Position numbers and translations under genes: made by a program
Shown here: positions 1-11,200 of the stretch, one piece after another
Position numbering within the stretch: position 1 is the stretch's first letter
How the letters are laid out: each line of letters starts with the position of its first letter
Assembly: GCA_963696385.1 (NCBI GenBank)
Contig: CAVOKF010000007.1
Location: 1,184,001-1,248,000 of the forward strand
Direction: 5' to 3'
Length of the DNA stretch: 64,000 nt
Source of the DNA: an uncultured delta proteobacterium
GTDB taxonomy: Bacteria > Myxococcota_A > Polyangia > Polyangiales > Polyangiaceae
The notes under the pieces: model-generated
What the model was told of the DNA's origin: nothing
Database searches by the model: none
The model's input: the letters and a program-made list of their open reading frames with translations, nothing else

Positions 1-682
1 GGTCGGTTCGATGACCTGCGCTCGCCTGCACGTCGGGACTGGTGACGAACAAGTGAATGGGCTCGACGGGCATCGCCGTGTTCTCGGGAACGGCGTCGAT
101 CCCGATGGCCCCCACAGTCGACAAAAGGGCGATGGGGTGAGGTTCCGAGTCGACGATCACGACGTGTCCAGCCACGGAGGCACGATCTGCGATTTGCCCC
201 ACACCCGACACGAAAACGACCTCCCCCTCACTCGCCAGCTCAGCGGTCAGAGCGAGCGTGTGCCCGCTCGTGGAGGAAGCCGTATCGAGCGAGATCACCA
301 ATGCGTCATGAGCGGGGTCGGACCTCAGCTCGAGACCGACGTCGACGGTCGAATCGCCGAGAGACACGGGAACCGTCGCACGCACGGAATCCGTGGCGGG
401 GCGCAGATCTTCCCGCGCGAGCGCGAGCGGACGCCGTGCTCCGTCCACCAGCAGAGCGAGATCGATGTCGCGACTGACCAATCCGTCCCGACTGCGGGCC
501 GCGATCTGGGCGGCCCCGAGGTGCAACTCGAAGCTTGCAATGCCCGTCTCGAAAGTCGTCGGCGCGTGATGTCGAGAGGGCTTCGAACCACGAGGGCCCG
601 ACGCATAGCCCAAGCCGAAGGCAACGAGCCCGGCGATCACGCCCATGGCGAGCCGCTCTCCGATCGAACGCTCAGCCGGCAT
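1..682 (-). CDS. Hypothetical membrane-anchored protein, runs off the left edge
   Basis: Not in the ORF track because it has no stop in the window. ATG at 682 overlaps the tsaE 3' end; reads [29 protein letters not shown]... with an N-terminal hydrophobic segment. Confidence 0.6.
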   Translation of the reverse strand, partial: MPAERSIGERLAMGVIAGLVAFGLGYASGPRGSKPSRHHAPTTFETGIASFELHLGAAQIAARSRDGLVSRDIDLALLVDGARRPLALAREDLRPATDSVRATVPVSLGDSTVDVGLELRSDPAHDALVISLDTASSTSGHTLALTAELASEGEVVFVSGVGQIADRASVAGHVVIVDSEPHPIALLSTVGAIGIDAVPENTAMPVEPIHLFVTSPDVQASAGHRTD

Positions 683-1202
683 CGACGCTCAAGACGATAC
701 CACCGGCCCGGGCGCCGCCGAGCGTCGCGACGCGCCTGCCGGCCGCTTCGGAACCCGTCGCGGCGGCCGAGTCGATCGCCAGTGAGACGACGACGGCCGG
801 ATCGGCTCCGAGCGCGACGACCGCGTCTTGGCCCCATTCGACCAGCAGGATCGCGCCCTCGTTGCGTCGCTCGCGAAGGCCCAACCGGCTCACTTCGATC
901 AGAAGGCGGGCGTCGTCGCCCATCAGCCGATAGAGGTCCACATGGACCAACGTACCGGCCGGGGAGGGGTATTCGTTGACGAGCGTGAACGTCGGGCTCG
1001 TGATGGGCTCGGCCACGCCGAGGGCCCGGGCGACCGCACGCACTAGAAATGTCTTCCCCGCACCGAGTGCACCGATGAAGAGCACCAGATCACCGGGGCC
1101 GAGGACCCGCGCAACGGCCGCTCCGAGCCGGCGCGAATCCCGGCGCGTCTTGAGCTCGAGCGTCCGCTCAAGTGGGATCGGCTTCGGATCGCGCGCCGTC
1201 AT
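672..1202 (-). CDS. tsaE: tRNA threonylcarbamoyladenosine biosynthesis ATPase TsaE
   Basis: GALGAGKT Walker [22 protein letters not shown] motifs; start chosen at ATG 1202. Confidence 0.92.
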   Translation of the reverse strand: MTARDPKPIPLERTLELKTRRDSRRLGAAVARVLGPGDLVLFIGALGAGKTFLVRAVARALGVAEPITSPTFTLVNEYPSPAGTLVHVDLYRLMGDDARLLIEVSRLGLRERRNEGAILLVEWGQDAVVALGADPAVVVSLAIDSAAATGSEAAGRRVATLGGARAGGIVLSVDAG

Positions 1203-2583
1203 CCGGGCCCCGTGCCCCGCTTTCACCGACATCGCCTTCGTCCGAAACCGCTTCGTCTTCGCCGACCGGATGGCCGGAGATCGCTCCGGGGGTCTCGCCA
1301 CCGAGCGCTCGGATGGCCTGGGGATCGCCCAAGCTCATGGCGGCGACGGGATGCTTGCGGGATTGCTGCCACATTTGCGCGTAAAAGAACGAAACGACGA
1401 GCGCGCTCAGTAGACCGATGAGCTGGCTGGTCGACAGCTGGTACGGCTCGCTCTGAGCAAATTCTGATGGTTTGAGCGCCACGTACGCGACGACGGGAGG
1501 GACGAAAGCCAACACCCGCGCGATGGCACGCGCTCGCTGGTTGGGGATCCCGAGCGAGACCCCGACGGCGAACCCGATCGCCAAGAGCGTCAAACACAGG
1601 GGAACGTACACGTGCGCATCGATGGTAGGACCGTAACTGCCTCGCTCGACGTCATCCCGAAAGAGCTCGAGAAGGAATCGGAGAAAGCCATACGCGTAGA
1701 CGAACAGGAAGAACACCTGACCGCGAAAGCGCGTGTATTTCCGTTGCCAAAGGAGGAGCACCAGAAGAAAAAGGCCGACCAAGGATTCGTAGAGCTGGGT
1801 CGGATGAACGGGAAAGCTGGTGTTCATCCGAGTAAGCTCTGCCGCGAGCGGCGACCCCCGGTAGATATCCAGGTGGCGCACGAAGGCCGGACTCCCATCG
1901 CCGTTCGCAAGGGTGCCGGGCGCCCAGTGGGGGAACGTTCCAAGCGTTTTCAGCCAATGCGGGGAACCGTCGGGCAGCCGCTTTCCGAAGTCGCAGCCGA
2001 AGAGATAACAGCCGATGCGGGTGATGAGCAGCCCCGACGCGAGGCTCGGGACGGCGTCGTCGGCCCACGCGAGCAGCCGGATGCCCTTGCCTGCGAGATA
2101 CGCCCAGCTCCCGAGCAAACCACCGAGAAAGCCCCCGTATGCGACCAGTCCCCCGTTGCGCAGCGCGATGAAGTCCCAAAACGAGTGGAAGTCATCCAAG
2201 TTGGTCACGATGTAGAGAACACGGGAGCCGGCGAGCGCGGCCAACGCCGTGACCACGTAGCAATTGGCCATCGTCTCTTTCGGCAAGCCGTCGTGGGCGG
2301 CGAGCGATAACGTCAGGTACCAGCCGACCACCAGCGAGGCGCCGAGCATGACCCCGTAGGCATAGATGGGGAGGTTGGGCGCCTCGTAGGCGACGGCATG
2401 CGTCCTCCATGCCGCGATGGCCGCCACAGCGGCGGCGACGAGCGCCGACGTCAGCGCGTTGCGATCTCGACGGATCGAGCCGAGGACGGCATATACGGCG
2501 GCAATGGCAACGGCCGCCGCGAACGCCCACCAAAGCCGCAGCGGCGTATGCGGAAGCGGGATTCGAAAGAGAATCGGATGCAT
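1168..2583 (-). CDS. lgt: Prolipoprotein diacylglyceryl transferase
   Basis: MHPILF start, [40 protein letters not shown]; multiple TM segments. Confidence 0.92.
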   Translation of the reverse strand: MHPILFRIPLPHTPLRLWWAFAAAVAIAAVYAVLGSIRRDRNALTSALVAAAVAAIAAWRTHAVAYEAPNLPIYAYGVMLGASLVVGWYLTLSLAAHDGLPKETMANCYVVTALAALAGSRVLYIVTNLDDFHSFWDFIALRNGGLVAYGGFLGGLLGSWAYLAGKGIRLLAWADDAVPSLASGLLITRIGCYLFGCDFGKRLPDGSPHWLKTLGTFPHWAPGTLANGDGSPAFVRHLDIYRGSPLAAELTRMNTSFPVHPTQLYESLVGLFLLVLLLWQRKYTRFRGQVFFLFVYAYGFLRFLLELFRDDVERGSYGPTIDAHVYVPLCLTLLAIGFAVGVSLGIPNQRARAIARVLAFVPPVVAYVALKPSEFAQSEPYQLSTSQLIGLLSALVVSFFYAQMWQQSRKHPVAAMSLGDPQAIRALGGETPGAISGHPVGEDEAVSDEGDVGESGARGPDDGARSEADPT

Positions 2584-2690
2584 CGGGATGCCCCTCTCCC
2601 CGTTTACAAGATAACGAGAGAGTGCGCACCTCGGCGGCTCGCATTCGCTCGACGCTGCGGGCGGTTCAGTGTGGTAGATCCGTGGTCGAG

Positions 2691-3521
2691 ATGCACATCC
2701 GGCCAACTGAGGGGATCGTGGCTTGGGCGGTTGCGATTCAGGGATGCGTACCGTCGGGCAGTGCCGGACCGTCGGACGCCGGGCCATCGGGCAGCCAAGC
2801 CCTCACACGCACCCCGCAGATCGTGAAGCCGGCCGTCCCCGCTGCGGATTTGTTGAAAGTGCCGTTCGAAGACGACTTCGAACACGGCGCCGTCCCGGCT
2901 TCGTCCGGGGGCCCCGACTCGGGTTGGGACGGGGCGGCGTCCGACGGCGCCATTTCGCGCTGGCTCGAGCCTTCCGCCGACTGGGTCGCGACGGCTACAG
3001 GCATCTGGCGAATCGAGTCGGGCCACCTTTGTGGCGAACGCGCACACAACCACGGCATTTGGCTGAAACGAACGCTTCCCATCAACGCTCGGATCGAATT
3101 CGACGCGGTCAGCCAGTCGCCGGATGGCGACCTCAAGGCCGAGTTCTGGGGTGACGGGCGCTCGTTTGCGACCGGCCTTTCGTACACGAACGCGACCAGC
3201 TACCTGACGATCCTCGGAGGCTGGCACAACAAGTTTCACGTGCTTGCGCGAATCAACGAACATGCGAGCGACCGCAAGGAGATCACGGTCGACCCCCACT
3301 CCGATGACCCCCGAGAGAAGCCGGTGGTGCCGGGCCAGACCTATCACTTCAAGGTCGAGAGAAGCGACGGGCGGACCATTCATTGGTGGGTCGATGGCAA
3401 CGAAATGCTTACCCTCTCCGACTCCTCCCCGCTCGCTGGATCCGGACACGATCACTTCGGCTTCAACGATTGGGAAGTGAAGGTGTGTTTCGACAACGTC
3501 CGCGTGGTCCCCTTGCCCTGA
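2691..3521 (+). CDS. Putative lipoprotein with concanavalin-like beta-sandwich domain
   Basis: Signal-like segment ending IQGC; FEDDF, WRIESG, RIEFD and terminal VCFDNVRV patterns typical of ConA/LamG-like folds. Start uncertain. Confidence 0.6.
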   Translation: MHIRPTEGIVAWAVAIQGCVPSGSAGPSDAGPSGSQALTRTPQIVKPAVPAADLLKVPFEDDFEHGAVPASSGGPDSGWDGAASDGAISRWLEPSADWVATATGIWRIESGHLCGERAHNHGIWLKRTLPINARIEFDAVSQSPDGDLKAEFWGDGRSFATGLSYTNATSYLTILGGWHNKFHVLARINEHASDRKEITVDPHSDDPREKPVVPGQTYHFKVERSDGRTIHWWVDGNEMLTLSDSSPLAGSGHDHFGFNDWEVKVCFDNVRVVPLP

Positions 3522-3534
3522 GGAGCGCCGCGGG

Positions 3535-5166
3535 GTGGATTCGACTGAAGTCGACAGGCTGATCGGCGAGCTCGAGATCGCGCTCGACCGGCTCCGATCG
3601 CTCTACGAGCAATACTTCATGGGCATCGAACGAATCGAGCCCGGGGTGGCTCGTAAGGACGTAGACCGCCGAATTCACCTGCTCCGGAAGGAGCAAATTC
3701 GCAACACGGCTCTTCGGTTCCGATTTCAAATGGTCCTGCAGAGGTACAATACGTACCAACCCCACTGGCAGCGGATCTGCCGAGAGATCGAAAACGGGAC
3801 GTACAAGCGACAAGCGTCGCGCGCGCGTCGCCGATTGGGCTCTGACGCGCCCCGTGCGCGAATCGAGAGCTCGCGCCCGCCCGCGCCGGTTTTGCGCCCC
3901 GGCGACCCGCTACCGCCCGATCTGGCGGCCGAGTTGGCGGAGCTCGACAAGGATTTCGCGCCGGCGCCCTCGCGACTTCCGAATGGAAACGAACCGCGAC
4001 CGATCGCTGCCCCACCGCGCCCGCTCGATCCGGCGGCCGAGTTGGCGGAGCTCGACAAGGATTTCGCGCCGGCGCCCTCGCGACTTCCGAATGGAAACGA
4101 AGCGCAACGGATCGCCGCCGCACCGCGGTCCCCTCCCCAAGCTCCGATCGCCGCTCGAGCCCAGGTCGTTGCGCCCGCCAAACCGCCGCTTGGCACGGCT
4201 CGTAACGTTGGCGCACCGCAGCCGAATCCGCGCGCAACGGGTGCACCCCTGCCGGCGGCCGGCGAGCCGGCACTTCGCGCTCAGCCTCCGCCCTTCACCC
4301 GAGAAGCCGCCCCAACCAGAGCCGTTTTCTCACCCGCGGCGCCCGGCCGGCCGCCGGGATTGCCCATCCCAGTCCTCCATGCGCCCTCGCCGCCTGCCGC
4401 TCGCCCGCAAACCGCGGAAACGGGATCAGGGACCGTGAACCATGCGGCCCTCCACGCGCCAGGGTTGAGCCCCTCGAACGTGGGTGCCGGTTCAGTCATC
4501 CACGCGCCGGCGCCGACTGGGCCCCAAGCCTCGCCGGGCCTTTCGGCCCGCGCGCCCGCGCCTTCGGCCTTGTCGGCCTCGATCCCCCATCCCGTCCCAC
4601 GTGTCCCGACACCCGCCGTGGCCGCTACGGCGGTCAGCCGGGGGGCCCCCGTCCCGGCCCCCCCCCCAGCCGCCCCCACCGGCGCCGCGACCGGCGCTCC
4701 GGCACCCGCAGCGGCCCAGGCATCCTTCCCGGCCAGAGCCGCGGTTGCCCCTTCGGCGCTGTCCGGTTCTTCCGCGCTGGGACCGGTGGCGACTCGACCC
4801 GCTACCCCCGCCGCGCAGACGCCTGCGCCGCGGGCGGCCGCACAGGCCGGAACCCCGTCCTCCTCCGGGGACATCCTCCGCGCCGACGCGCGGTCCCCGA
4901 CCGCTCCGTCGCCGCCGACTCCGCCGCGGGCAGCAATCCCCCACCCGCAAGCCGACGACCTCACCGAAGATCGGGTCCGCCAGATCTATTCGCAGTACAT
5001 GGAAACGCGACGGCGACAGAACGAATCGACCGCGATGCCGTTCGACTCGGTCGCGAAGAACCTGCGCGAATCAAGCGCGCGCTTGCGCCAAAAACATGGA
5101 AAGCCCGTCGACTTCGAGGTCATGATCAAGGACGGGAAGGCGTTTCTCCGACCCGTCCTCAAGTAA
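3535..5166 (+). CDS. MXAN_5187 C-terminal domain-type protein with long Pro/Ala linker
   Basis: N-terminal LYEQYFMGIERIEP...LRFRFQ...YNTY and C-terminal VDFEVMIKDGKAFLRP, recognised myxobacterial family pattern. Confidence 0.8.
   Translation: MDSTEVDRLIGELEIALDRLRSLYEQYFMGIERIEPGVARKDVDRRIHLLRKEQIRNTALRFRFQMVLQRYNTYQPHWQRICREIENGTYKRQASRARRRLGSDAPRARIESSRPPAPVLRPGDPLPPDLAAELAELDKDFAPAPSRLPNGNEPRPIAAPPRPLDPAAELAELDKDFAPAPSRLPNGNEAQRIAAAPRSPPQAPIAARAQVVAPAKPPLGTARNVGAPQPNPRATGAPLPAAGEPALRAQPPPFTREAAPTRAVFSPAAPGRPPGLPIPVLHAPSPPAARPQTAETGSGTVNHAALHAPGLSPSNVGAGSVIHAPAPTGPQASPGLSARAPAPSALSASIPHPVPRVPTPAVAATAVSRGAPVPAPPPAAPTGAATGAPAPAAAQASFPARAAVAPSALSGSSALGPVATRPATPAAQTPAPRAAAQAGTPSSSGDILRADARSPTAPSPPTPPRAAIPHPQADDLTEDRVRQIYSQYMETRRRQNESTAMPFDSVAKNLRESSARLRQKHGKPVDFEVMIKDGKAFLRPVLK
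3924..4101 (+). repeat. In-frame duplication, 108-bp period (AAELAELDKDFAPAPSRLPNGNE x2)
   Basis: 3924-3993 is identical to 4032-4101. Confidence 0.95.
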
Positions 5167-5178
5167 GGCCCGGCCCGG

Positions 5179-5466
5179 TCAATGGTACGCACGAGGCGGC
5201 GTCGGCGGAGGTGCCGACCGGCGCGCCGCCGAAGGCGGCGGTTCGTCGATGGCTGCCCGCTGGTCGCAAAACAAAATGGCGCAATGTTTGCTATCGCTGT
5301 CCTGCATCCGGCTGCAAAGAGCGACGAGATCCTCGTCGGCATCAATCACGGTCCCCTCGCTCGGACGAGACGTCCGGGGGTCGTAGGTGCATTCATCCAG
5401 GGCGACCCAACGGCCGCGAAACTCTTCTCTCCGACATATCTGTGGCCACGTCATTCGACTGCCCAT
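5179..5466 (-). CDS. Small hypothetical protein (DUF5678-like RWVAL motif)
   Basis: EEFRGRWVAL...VIDADEDLVALC; plausible codon usage, converges on the upstream gene; TTGACC-N17-TATTCG upstream on the minus strand. Confidence 0.65.
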   Translation of the reverse strand: MGSRMTWPQICRREEFRGRWVALDECTYDPRTSRPSEGTVIDADEDLVALCSRMQDSDSKHCAILFCDQRAAIDEPPPSAARRSAPPPTPPRAYH

Positions 5467-5707
5467 GCGGTGTTCCTCGAATTCCGCCTCGACCCCCGCG
5501 AGCCAAACGGTGCTCGTTGAGCGGTGTGGCGATTCCCCACTCCCAAGGCCAACGAATAACCGGCTCGCGCGAGGCGGTCAAGAAGGGGGTGTTGCTCCAG
5601 CGCGACATGAGACTATGCGTTCAGTGACCCTCGGCCCCGGGACGCCGCTTGATGCATGGGCCCAGGCAGCGAGCGCGGCGCACGAGGCATGCTAGAGACC
5701 TCACGCT

Positions 5708-7072
5708 GTGACTACCGTGCCGTGGAGCCTCGAATCGTGGAAGACCCGGGCCGACGCGCAGGCGATTGAGTACGCCGATCCCGTGGCACTTGGCGCCGCA
5801 TGTACGCGGCTGCGCGAGCTTCCCCCACTTGTGACCTCGTGGGAAATTGAACGGTTGAAGCGGCTTCTCGCCGAAGCCCAGGCGGGCAAACGATTTCTCG
5901 TCCAGGGCGGCGACTGCGCCGAGACGCTGTCGGATTGCCGCTCCGCAAACATCGCCAACAAGCTGAAAATATTGCTTCAGATGTCGCTCGTGATGGTGCA
6001 CGAGGGCAAGCGCCCGGTCATCCGCGTCGGCCGATTTGCTGGACAATACGCCAAGCCACGAACCAAAGCCGTCGAGTCGCGCGAAGGCGTCATCCATCCG
6101 AGTTACTTCGGCGACATGGTCAACCGGGCCGACTTCACCGAGAACGGTCGCCGGCCGGACCCCGACAACATGATCGTGGCGTACAGCCACGCCGCGCTCA
6201 CCCTGAATTTCATCCGGTCGCTTTCCGCGGGCGGATTCGCGGACGTGCATCATCCGGAATATTGGGAGCTCTCGTTCTTCCGTCGAGCCGGAATGCCGGA
6301 CTCGCTTCGGGAGGAGTACGAGCGCACGACGAGCCAGCTTGCCAACGCCCTGCACTTCATGGAGGCACTCGGCGAGATCAGCGTCGAGGAGCTGACCCGC
6401 GTCGACTTTTACACGAGCCACGAGGGGTTGAACTTGCATTACGAGTCTGCCCAGACTCGGCAGGTGCCTCGACGCGAGGGATGGTATGACCTCACGACGC
6501 ACTTCCCGTGGATCGGAGAACGGACCCGCGCCTTGGACGGCGCGCATGTCGAGTTCTTCCGCGGCGTGGCCAATCCGCTCGGCGTGAAGCTCGGGCCGAC
6601 GACGACGGGCGACCAAGTGCTTCGGCTCATCGATGCACTCAACCCACACAACGAGGCGGGCAAGATCGCACTCGTCACGCGGATGGGGGCGCGCAAGGTC
6701 GGCGACGTGTTGCCCGGCCTCGTCGAAGTCGTCAAGCGCGCGGGACGCACGGTGCTGTGGGTCTGCGACCCGATGCATGGCAACACGCAGGCGACGTCAT
6801 CCGGGCTCAAAACGCGCGACTTCGATGACATCGTGCGCGAAGTCGAGTGGACCTTCGACGTCCACGAGGCCTGCGGGACGCACCTCGGCGGCGTGCACTT
6901 CGAGATGACCGGCGAGGACGTGACCGAATGCATCGGGGGTGCGGCCGGAATCACGGTCAACGACCTCGACAGAAATTACGCCACGGCCTGCGATCCGCGA
7001 CTGAACTACCGGCAGGCCCTCGAAATGGGCTTTCGGATCGCAAAGCGCCTCGGCAGCCATCCGATACCGTAG
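5708..7072 (+). CDS. Class II 3-deoxy-D-arabino-heptulosonate 7-phosphate synthase
   Basis: QGGDCAE, GRFAGQYAKPR, FYTSHEGL, WIGERTR, CDPMHGNT, CDPRLN motifs. Confidence 0.96.
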   Translation: MTTVPWSLESWKTRADAQAIEYADPVALGAACTRLRELPPLVTSWEIERLKRLLAEAQAGKRFLVQGGDCAETLSDCRSANIANKLKILLQMSLVMVHEGKRPVIRVGRFAGQYAKPRTKAVESREGVIHPSYFGDMVNRADFTENGRRPDPDNMIVAYSHAALTLNFIRSLSAGGFADVHHPEYWELSFFRRAGMPDSLREEYERTTSQLANALHFMEALGEISVEELTRVDFYTSHEGLNLHYESAQTRQVPRREGWYDLTTHFPWIGERTRALDGAHVEFFRGVANPLGVKLGPTTTGDQVLRLIDALNPHNEAGKIALVTRMGARKVGDVLPGLVEVVKRAGRTVLWVCDPMHGNTQATSSGLKTRDFDDIVREVEWTFDVHEACGTHLGGVHFEMTGEDVTECIGGAAGITVNDLDRNYATACDPRLNYRQALEMGFRIAKRLGSHPIP

Positions 7073-7142
7073 CCTTCTCGAAGAGGGTGGCGACGGGCGA
7101 CGCGTTTCGCACTCCCGGCGAGCCGGACCCCAACGCCGCGCC

Positions 7143-8147
7143 TCAACGAATGCTCAGGCGTTCGGCAATCTGCACCGCGTTGAGGGCGGCACCTTTGCGC
7201 AGGTTGTCACTGACGACAAAGAGGTTGATGGCACCGGGAACGGCCAAATCATCCCGTACGCGACCGACGTAGACGGGGTCGGTGCCCGACGCGTGCACGG
7301 GTTGCGGGTGCTTGCCCGGGCCATAGGGACCCTCGGTCAACACGACGCCCGGCGCGTCGCGAAGCAGGCGCCGCGCTTCCTCGGCCCCCATGGGCCGGTG
7401 AAACTGAACGTGAATCGCTTCGGAGTGCCCGTTGAGCACCGGTACGCGCACGGTCGTGGGAGAGACCCCGATACGCGGATCTCCCAGAATCTTGCGCGTC
7501 TCCTGGATGATCTTGGTCTCCTCCTCCGAGTAGTCGTCTTCGCCTGACTTCCAGTCGCAAAGCACGTTGAAAGCGATGATCCCGGGGAATACGCGAGGCT
7601 CAGGTGGACGGCCCTCGAGCACGGCGCGCGATTGCGCCAGCAGTTCTTCGGCGGCGGCATGCCCCTTGCCGCTGGTGGCTTGGTATGTGGAAACGACCAC
7701 GTGCCGGATGCGCGCGGCGTCGTGCAACGGTTTGAGTGCGACCACCATTTGAATGGTCGCGCAGTTCGGGTTGGCGATGATCCCCTTCGGCCGGTGTGCG
7801 GCGGCCCCCATATTCACTTCGGGCACGACGAGCGGCACCGCGGGATCCATGCGCCACGCGCTCGAGTTATCGATCACGACGGCTCCCGCTAAAGCGGCGA
7901 TGGGGCCGAATTCGCGCGATACGCTCGATCCCGCGCTGAACAGCGCCACGTCGACTCCGGCAAAAGCCTGCGGCGTGAGCTCGGCCACGGTCACTTCGCC
8001 CGATCCGAATCGAAGCGTTTGGCCGGAGCTCCGCGGACTCGCGAGCGCAACGAGACGCGTCAGCGGGAACTTACGTTCTTCCAGGATACGCAGCATCTCG
8101 CGACCGACTGCGCCGGTCGCGCCAACCACGGCGACAACGAGGGACAT
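7143..8147 (-). CDS. asd: Aspartate-semialdehyde dehydrogenase
   Basis: GATGAVG, IDNSSAWRM, ANPNCAT catalytic Cys, DNLRKGAALNAVQIAE. Confidence 0.97.
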   Translation of the reverse strand: MSLVVAVVGATGAVGREMLRILEERKFPLTRLVALASPRSSGQTLRFGSGEVTVAELTPQAFAGVDVALFSAGSSVSREFGPIAALAGAVVIDNSSAWRMDPAVPLVVPEVNMGAAAHRPKGIIANPNCATIQMVVALKPLHDAARIRHVVVSTYQATSGKGHAAAEELLAQSRAVLEGRPPEPRVFPGIIAFNVLCDWKSGEDDYSEEETKIIQETRKILGDPRIGVSPTTVRVPVLNGHSEAIHVQFHRPMGAEEARRLLRDAPGVVLTEGPYGPGKHPQPVHASGTDPVYVGRVRDDLAVPGAINLFVVSDNLRKGAALNAVQIAERLSIR

Positions 8148-8213
8148 CGTCGAGACATTGGCTCAACTTGGCCGGCCGGTCCACTCGTGAAAGCCAACTG
8201 CTACGATCGGTTT

Positions 8214-11200
8214 GTGAAGCACGCGGCACGGGGCCCACGGGTCGCGCGGGGAAACTCGCTCACCTGGTCGGCCGCGGTGCTCGGTGGGTCCGCCGCCTGC
8301 ACGATTTCACTCCCCGTGGCTTTTCGCCCGCCCTCCGATGTAGGCGATGGTGAGAACACCTCCACCTTGCGGGGAGTGCAGGGCGCCGACATCTCCGCGC
8401 CCACGGGCGGCGAGGGTGCCCGTCTGCTTCCGGTGAGTCTGCAGGAGGCGCGCGCCTGGGGGGCAGAGTCGGACGGAGGAGTTCGCGCCATCGTCTCGGG
8501 CCTGCGCATCGTCGTCGAACCGGACGGCGCCCTCACCGCCGCGTCGGACCGATTGCCCGCGTCGCCCTCCAGCGTCGCGGCCATTCCCGAGCGACTCGGT
8601 GCAGGCTTTCTCTTCGCCATCGGCACACAAGTGTGGCGCTCCGATACCTGGCTCGGTCGGGCGACCCCGATCTTCGCGTCGATTGCGTCGGGTGCGCCGA
8701 TCGGATCGATCCTCGTGGGCCTCGACCGGGCGTATCTACGGTACGCGCCGGGATCGCTCGTGGCGGTCGATCCACGCAACGGCGAATCGCTCGATCTCGG
8801 GCCACTCCCCGCCTCGCCGCACCTCGGCGCCGTCGTCGCCCTCGACGCCTGGCGAGCGCTGGTCGTCGCGGATCTACGTGGCGCGCTCGTGACGATGGAC
8901 GCGGGTGCCTCGTGGCATCCGACCACGCTGCCGATGCCGCCGACCGAGATCGTCGCCATGGACGACGCGTTCGGGGCGTGGGCGCCGGACGAACGCGGCC
9001 ACGCGCAATGGTGGCTTGTCCGCTCGGACGGTCAGAGCGAAGGGCTTCCTTCGCGGCCGCCTCACACCCATTTTCCCCTTTCGCGCCCGGTGCATCCCCA
9101 GGAGAAGTCCGACGCGAGCCCGCGACGGATGGACGATCGAAACGCGATGCGGGCCATCTTGGGCCAGCGTCCCCTTGCCGCGGCCATCGAGGATGGCTGG
9201 CCCCTGAGTGACGGGACGGCGATGGTCGCACGCGGTGGGGCTGTCGCGCGGGTTCGTCTCTCGGACGGGGCGGTGCTCGACACCGTAATGGACGCGTTTC
9301 CGCTCTCCCCGGCACGGTGCCACGGGATTTCTCTGTCGCGTCCCGGCGCCCGCAGCGCCTTCGGTTTTGTCTGCGGCGAGCCACTCGGCCGCACTCGGAT
9401 TTACGGGTGGAATTCGTCATCGGGCACCTTGGTCGAGCTTCGCCGGTTTGACGACGCCCGGCAGGTGACCGCTTGCGGCAACGGGGCTCTCGCGGTGCGA
9501 GGAGGATGCGCCGGCGTGGCCCAGGCGGGGACGCGCGCGGACCAAGCGGCGTGGTGCGTCATGGGTTCGGATCAGCGGTGGCAGGAATTGCGCACTGGCG
9601 CGCTTGACGGCGGCGACAGGGCAGAGCTCGTCGCGCTGTCCGACCAACGCATCATCGTCATCCGGTCTCCCATCGGCGGGGACTTGGCGACCGCGACATT
9701 GACCATCATTCCTGCGGGACCCGGGTCTCCGGAGACCGTTCCGGTCCGGCTGCCGCCGCTGCCCGCCCAGGTGCGAGACGTGCTGAGGTTCGGCACTTGG
9801 ATGGATGGGTTCGAGGAGCGGCGCCCCGGTGTCCTCGGGGGCTGGGTGGACGCGGGCGATGTGGTGATCGGCATCGAGATCGACGGCACCGGCACCGCAC
9901 GCGTCGGCGAGTACCTCCGCGACGCAGGCCCGCCCATCGTCTCGGGACGTTGGGCACTCGGCTGGACGGCGTCACGGCGCGGCTTCGAGTCCGTCGATGG
10001 CGGAATGACGTGGAGCAAAGCGCTCACGCTACCCGATCCCATCGCCGAGCCGGATGCCGAACGTGAGCGTGGATGCGGGCCCATCGGCTGCGTGGCCGCC
10101 GGCTGGATGCGAATCGGCTGGGGGACGCACGACGCACCTCGTCCGCCGGCGCCACCTATGTTTCTCGCCGCACGGTCGGCCCCGATCGCTCCGGCCGATC
10201 TGCGCCTCCGCTGCGAGCCTCTCGCCCCGAGGCCGCCTATCGTCGCGTCGGGCCCATCGCCGTCGGCGCTCCGAGTCACCGCCACGCACCTGGATCCCGC
10301 GCGCTCCCGCACCTCGCAGGCGGCCGGTGTCGACACCTGGGGCTCCGTTGCCGATTTTCCTTCGTTTTCCGGATTGGCCGGCCCGGCTCTCGTCGGCGGC
10401 GACCTCGGGCTCACGGTCGAAGCGTTCGTCGGGACACGCCCGCTCGGCCGGGTGTACGCCTGGGGCCCCGCCACGGGCGATTGGGACTCGTTCGGAGGGT
10501 GGCAGGTGCGTTGGGATTGGGCCTGGGGTGGGTGGCAGGACGCACGATCGTCGGCCGCTGCGCCCTCCCCTTGGCCCACGCTCGATAGCGCGCGGCGCGG
10601 GCTGGGAATCGGCTCCAACATGCCGATTGCATGGACCCTCCTGCCGGGCGACGATCCGGATCACGCACTTCTCGTATCGAAACATGGCCCGGGGTCCTCC
10701 ATCGCTCGGCTCATGGTGCTCGAGAGCCATCGAGCGCCGCTGCCCGTGCAAAGAGACGGCAGCGATTCCTTTCCCGCGGTGGAAGGGGCGTTGCGCACCG
10801 ACGGCCGGTGGTTCGTCGTAACAGCCGAGGATCCGTCGGAGGGATTGGCCGCGGCGCTCTGGACCATCGAAGGGGATCGCGCCCGTGTTTGGCTCCGAAT
10901 ACCGCGATTGGGGTTCGACGCTCGCGCCGACCTCCGACTGGCCTCCCGAACCGATGGGCGCGCGGTCGGCTTGATCGCCGAGGGTCAACCGGACCTCGCC
11001 CGAGCGCCGAGTGCGTGGGTCGTGAGCGTCGACTTGCAAACGGGTCAGATGGCCGAGCCCGAGGCCCTGGCTGCGCTGGGCGCGTCCAAGCACGAGGTCG
11101 AAGTGTGCGCGCCCGACGATCCCGGTTGGGATTTCGACGTGCCGTACCCGGGCGTCATCGAGATCGAGGTCGGCGATCAATGGCGCTCAACCCTTCAGGC

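Noticed and set aside
11..979. Plus-strand 322-aa ORF and the many similar overlapping ORFs
   Set aside because: Antisense or alternative-frame shadows of real genes, expected in high-GC DNA.
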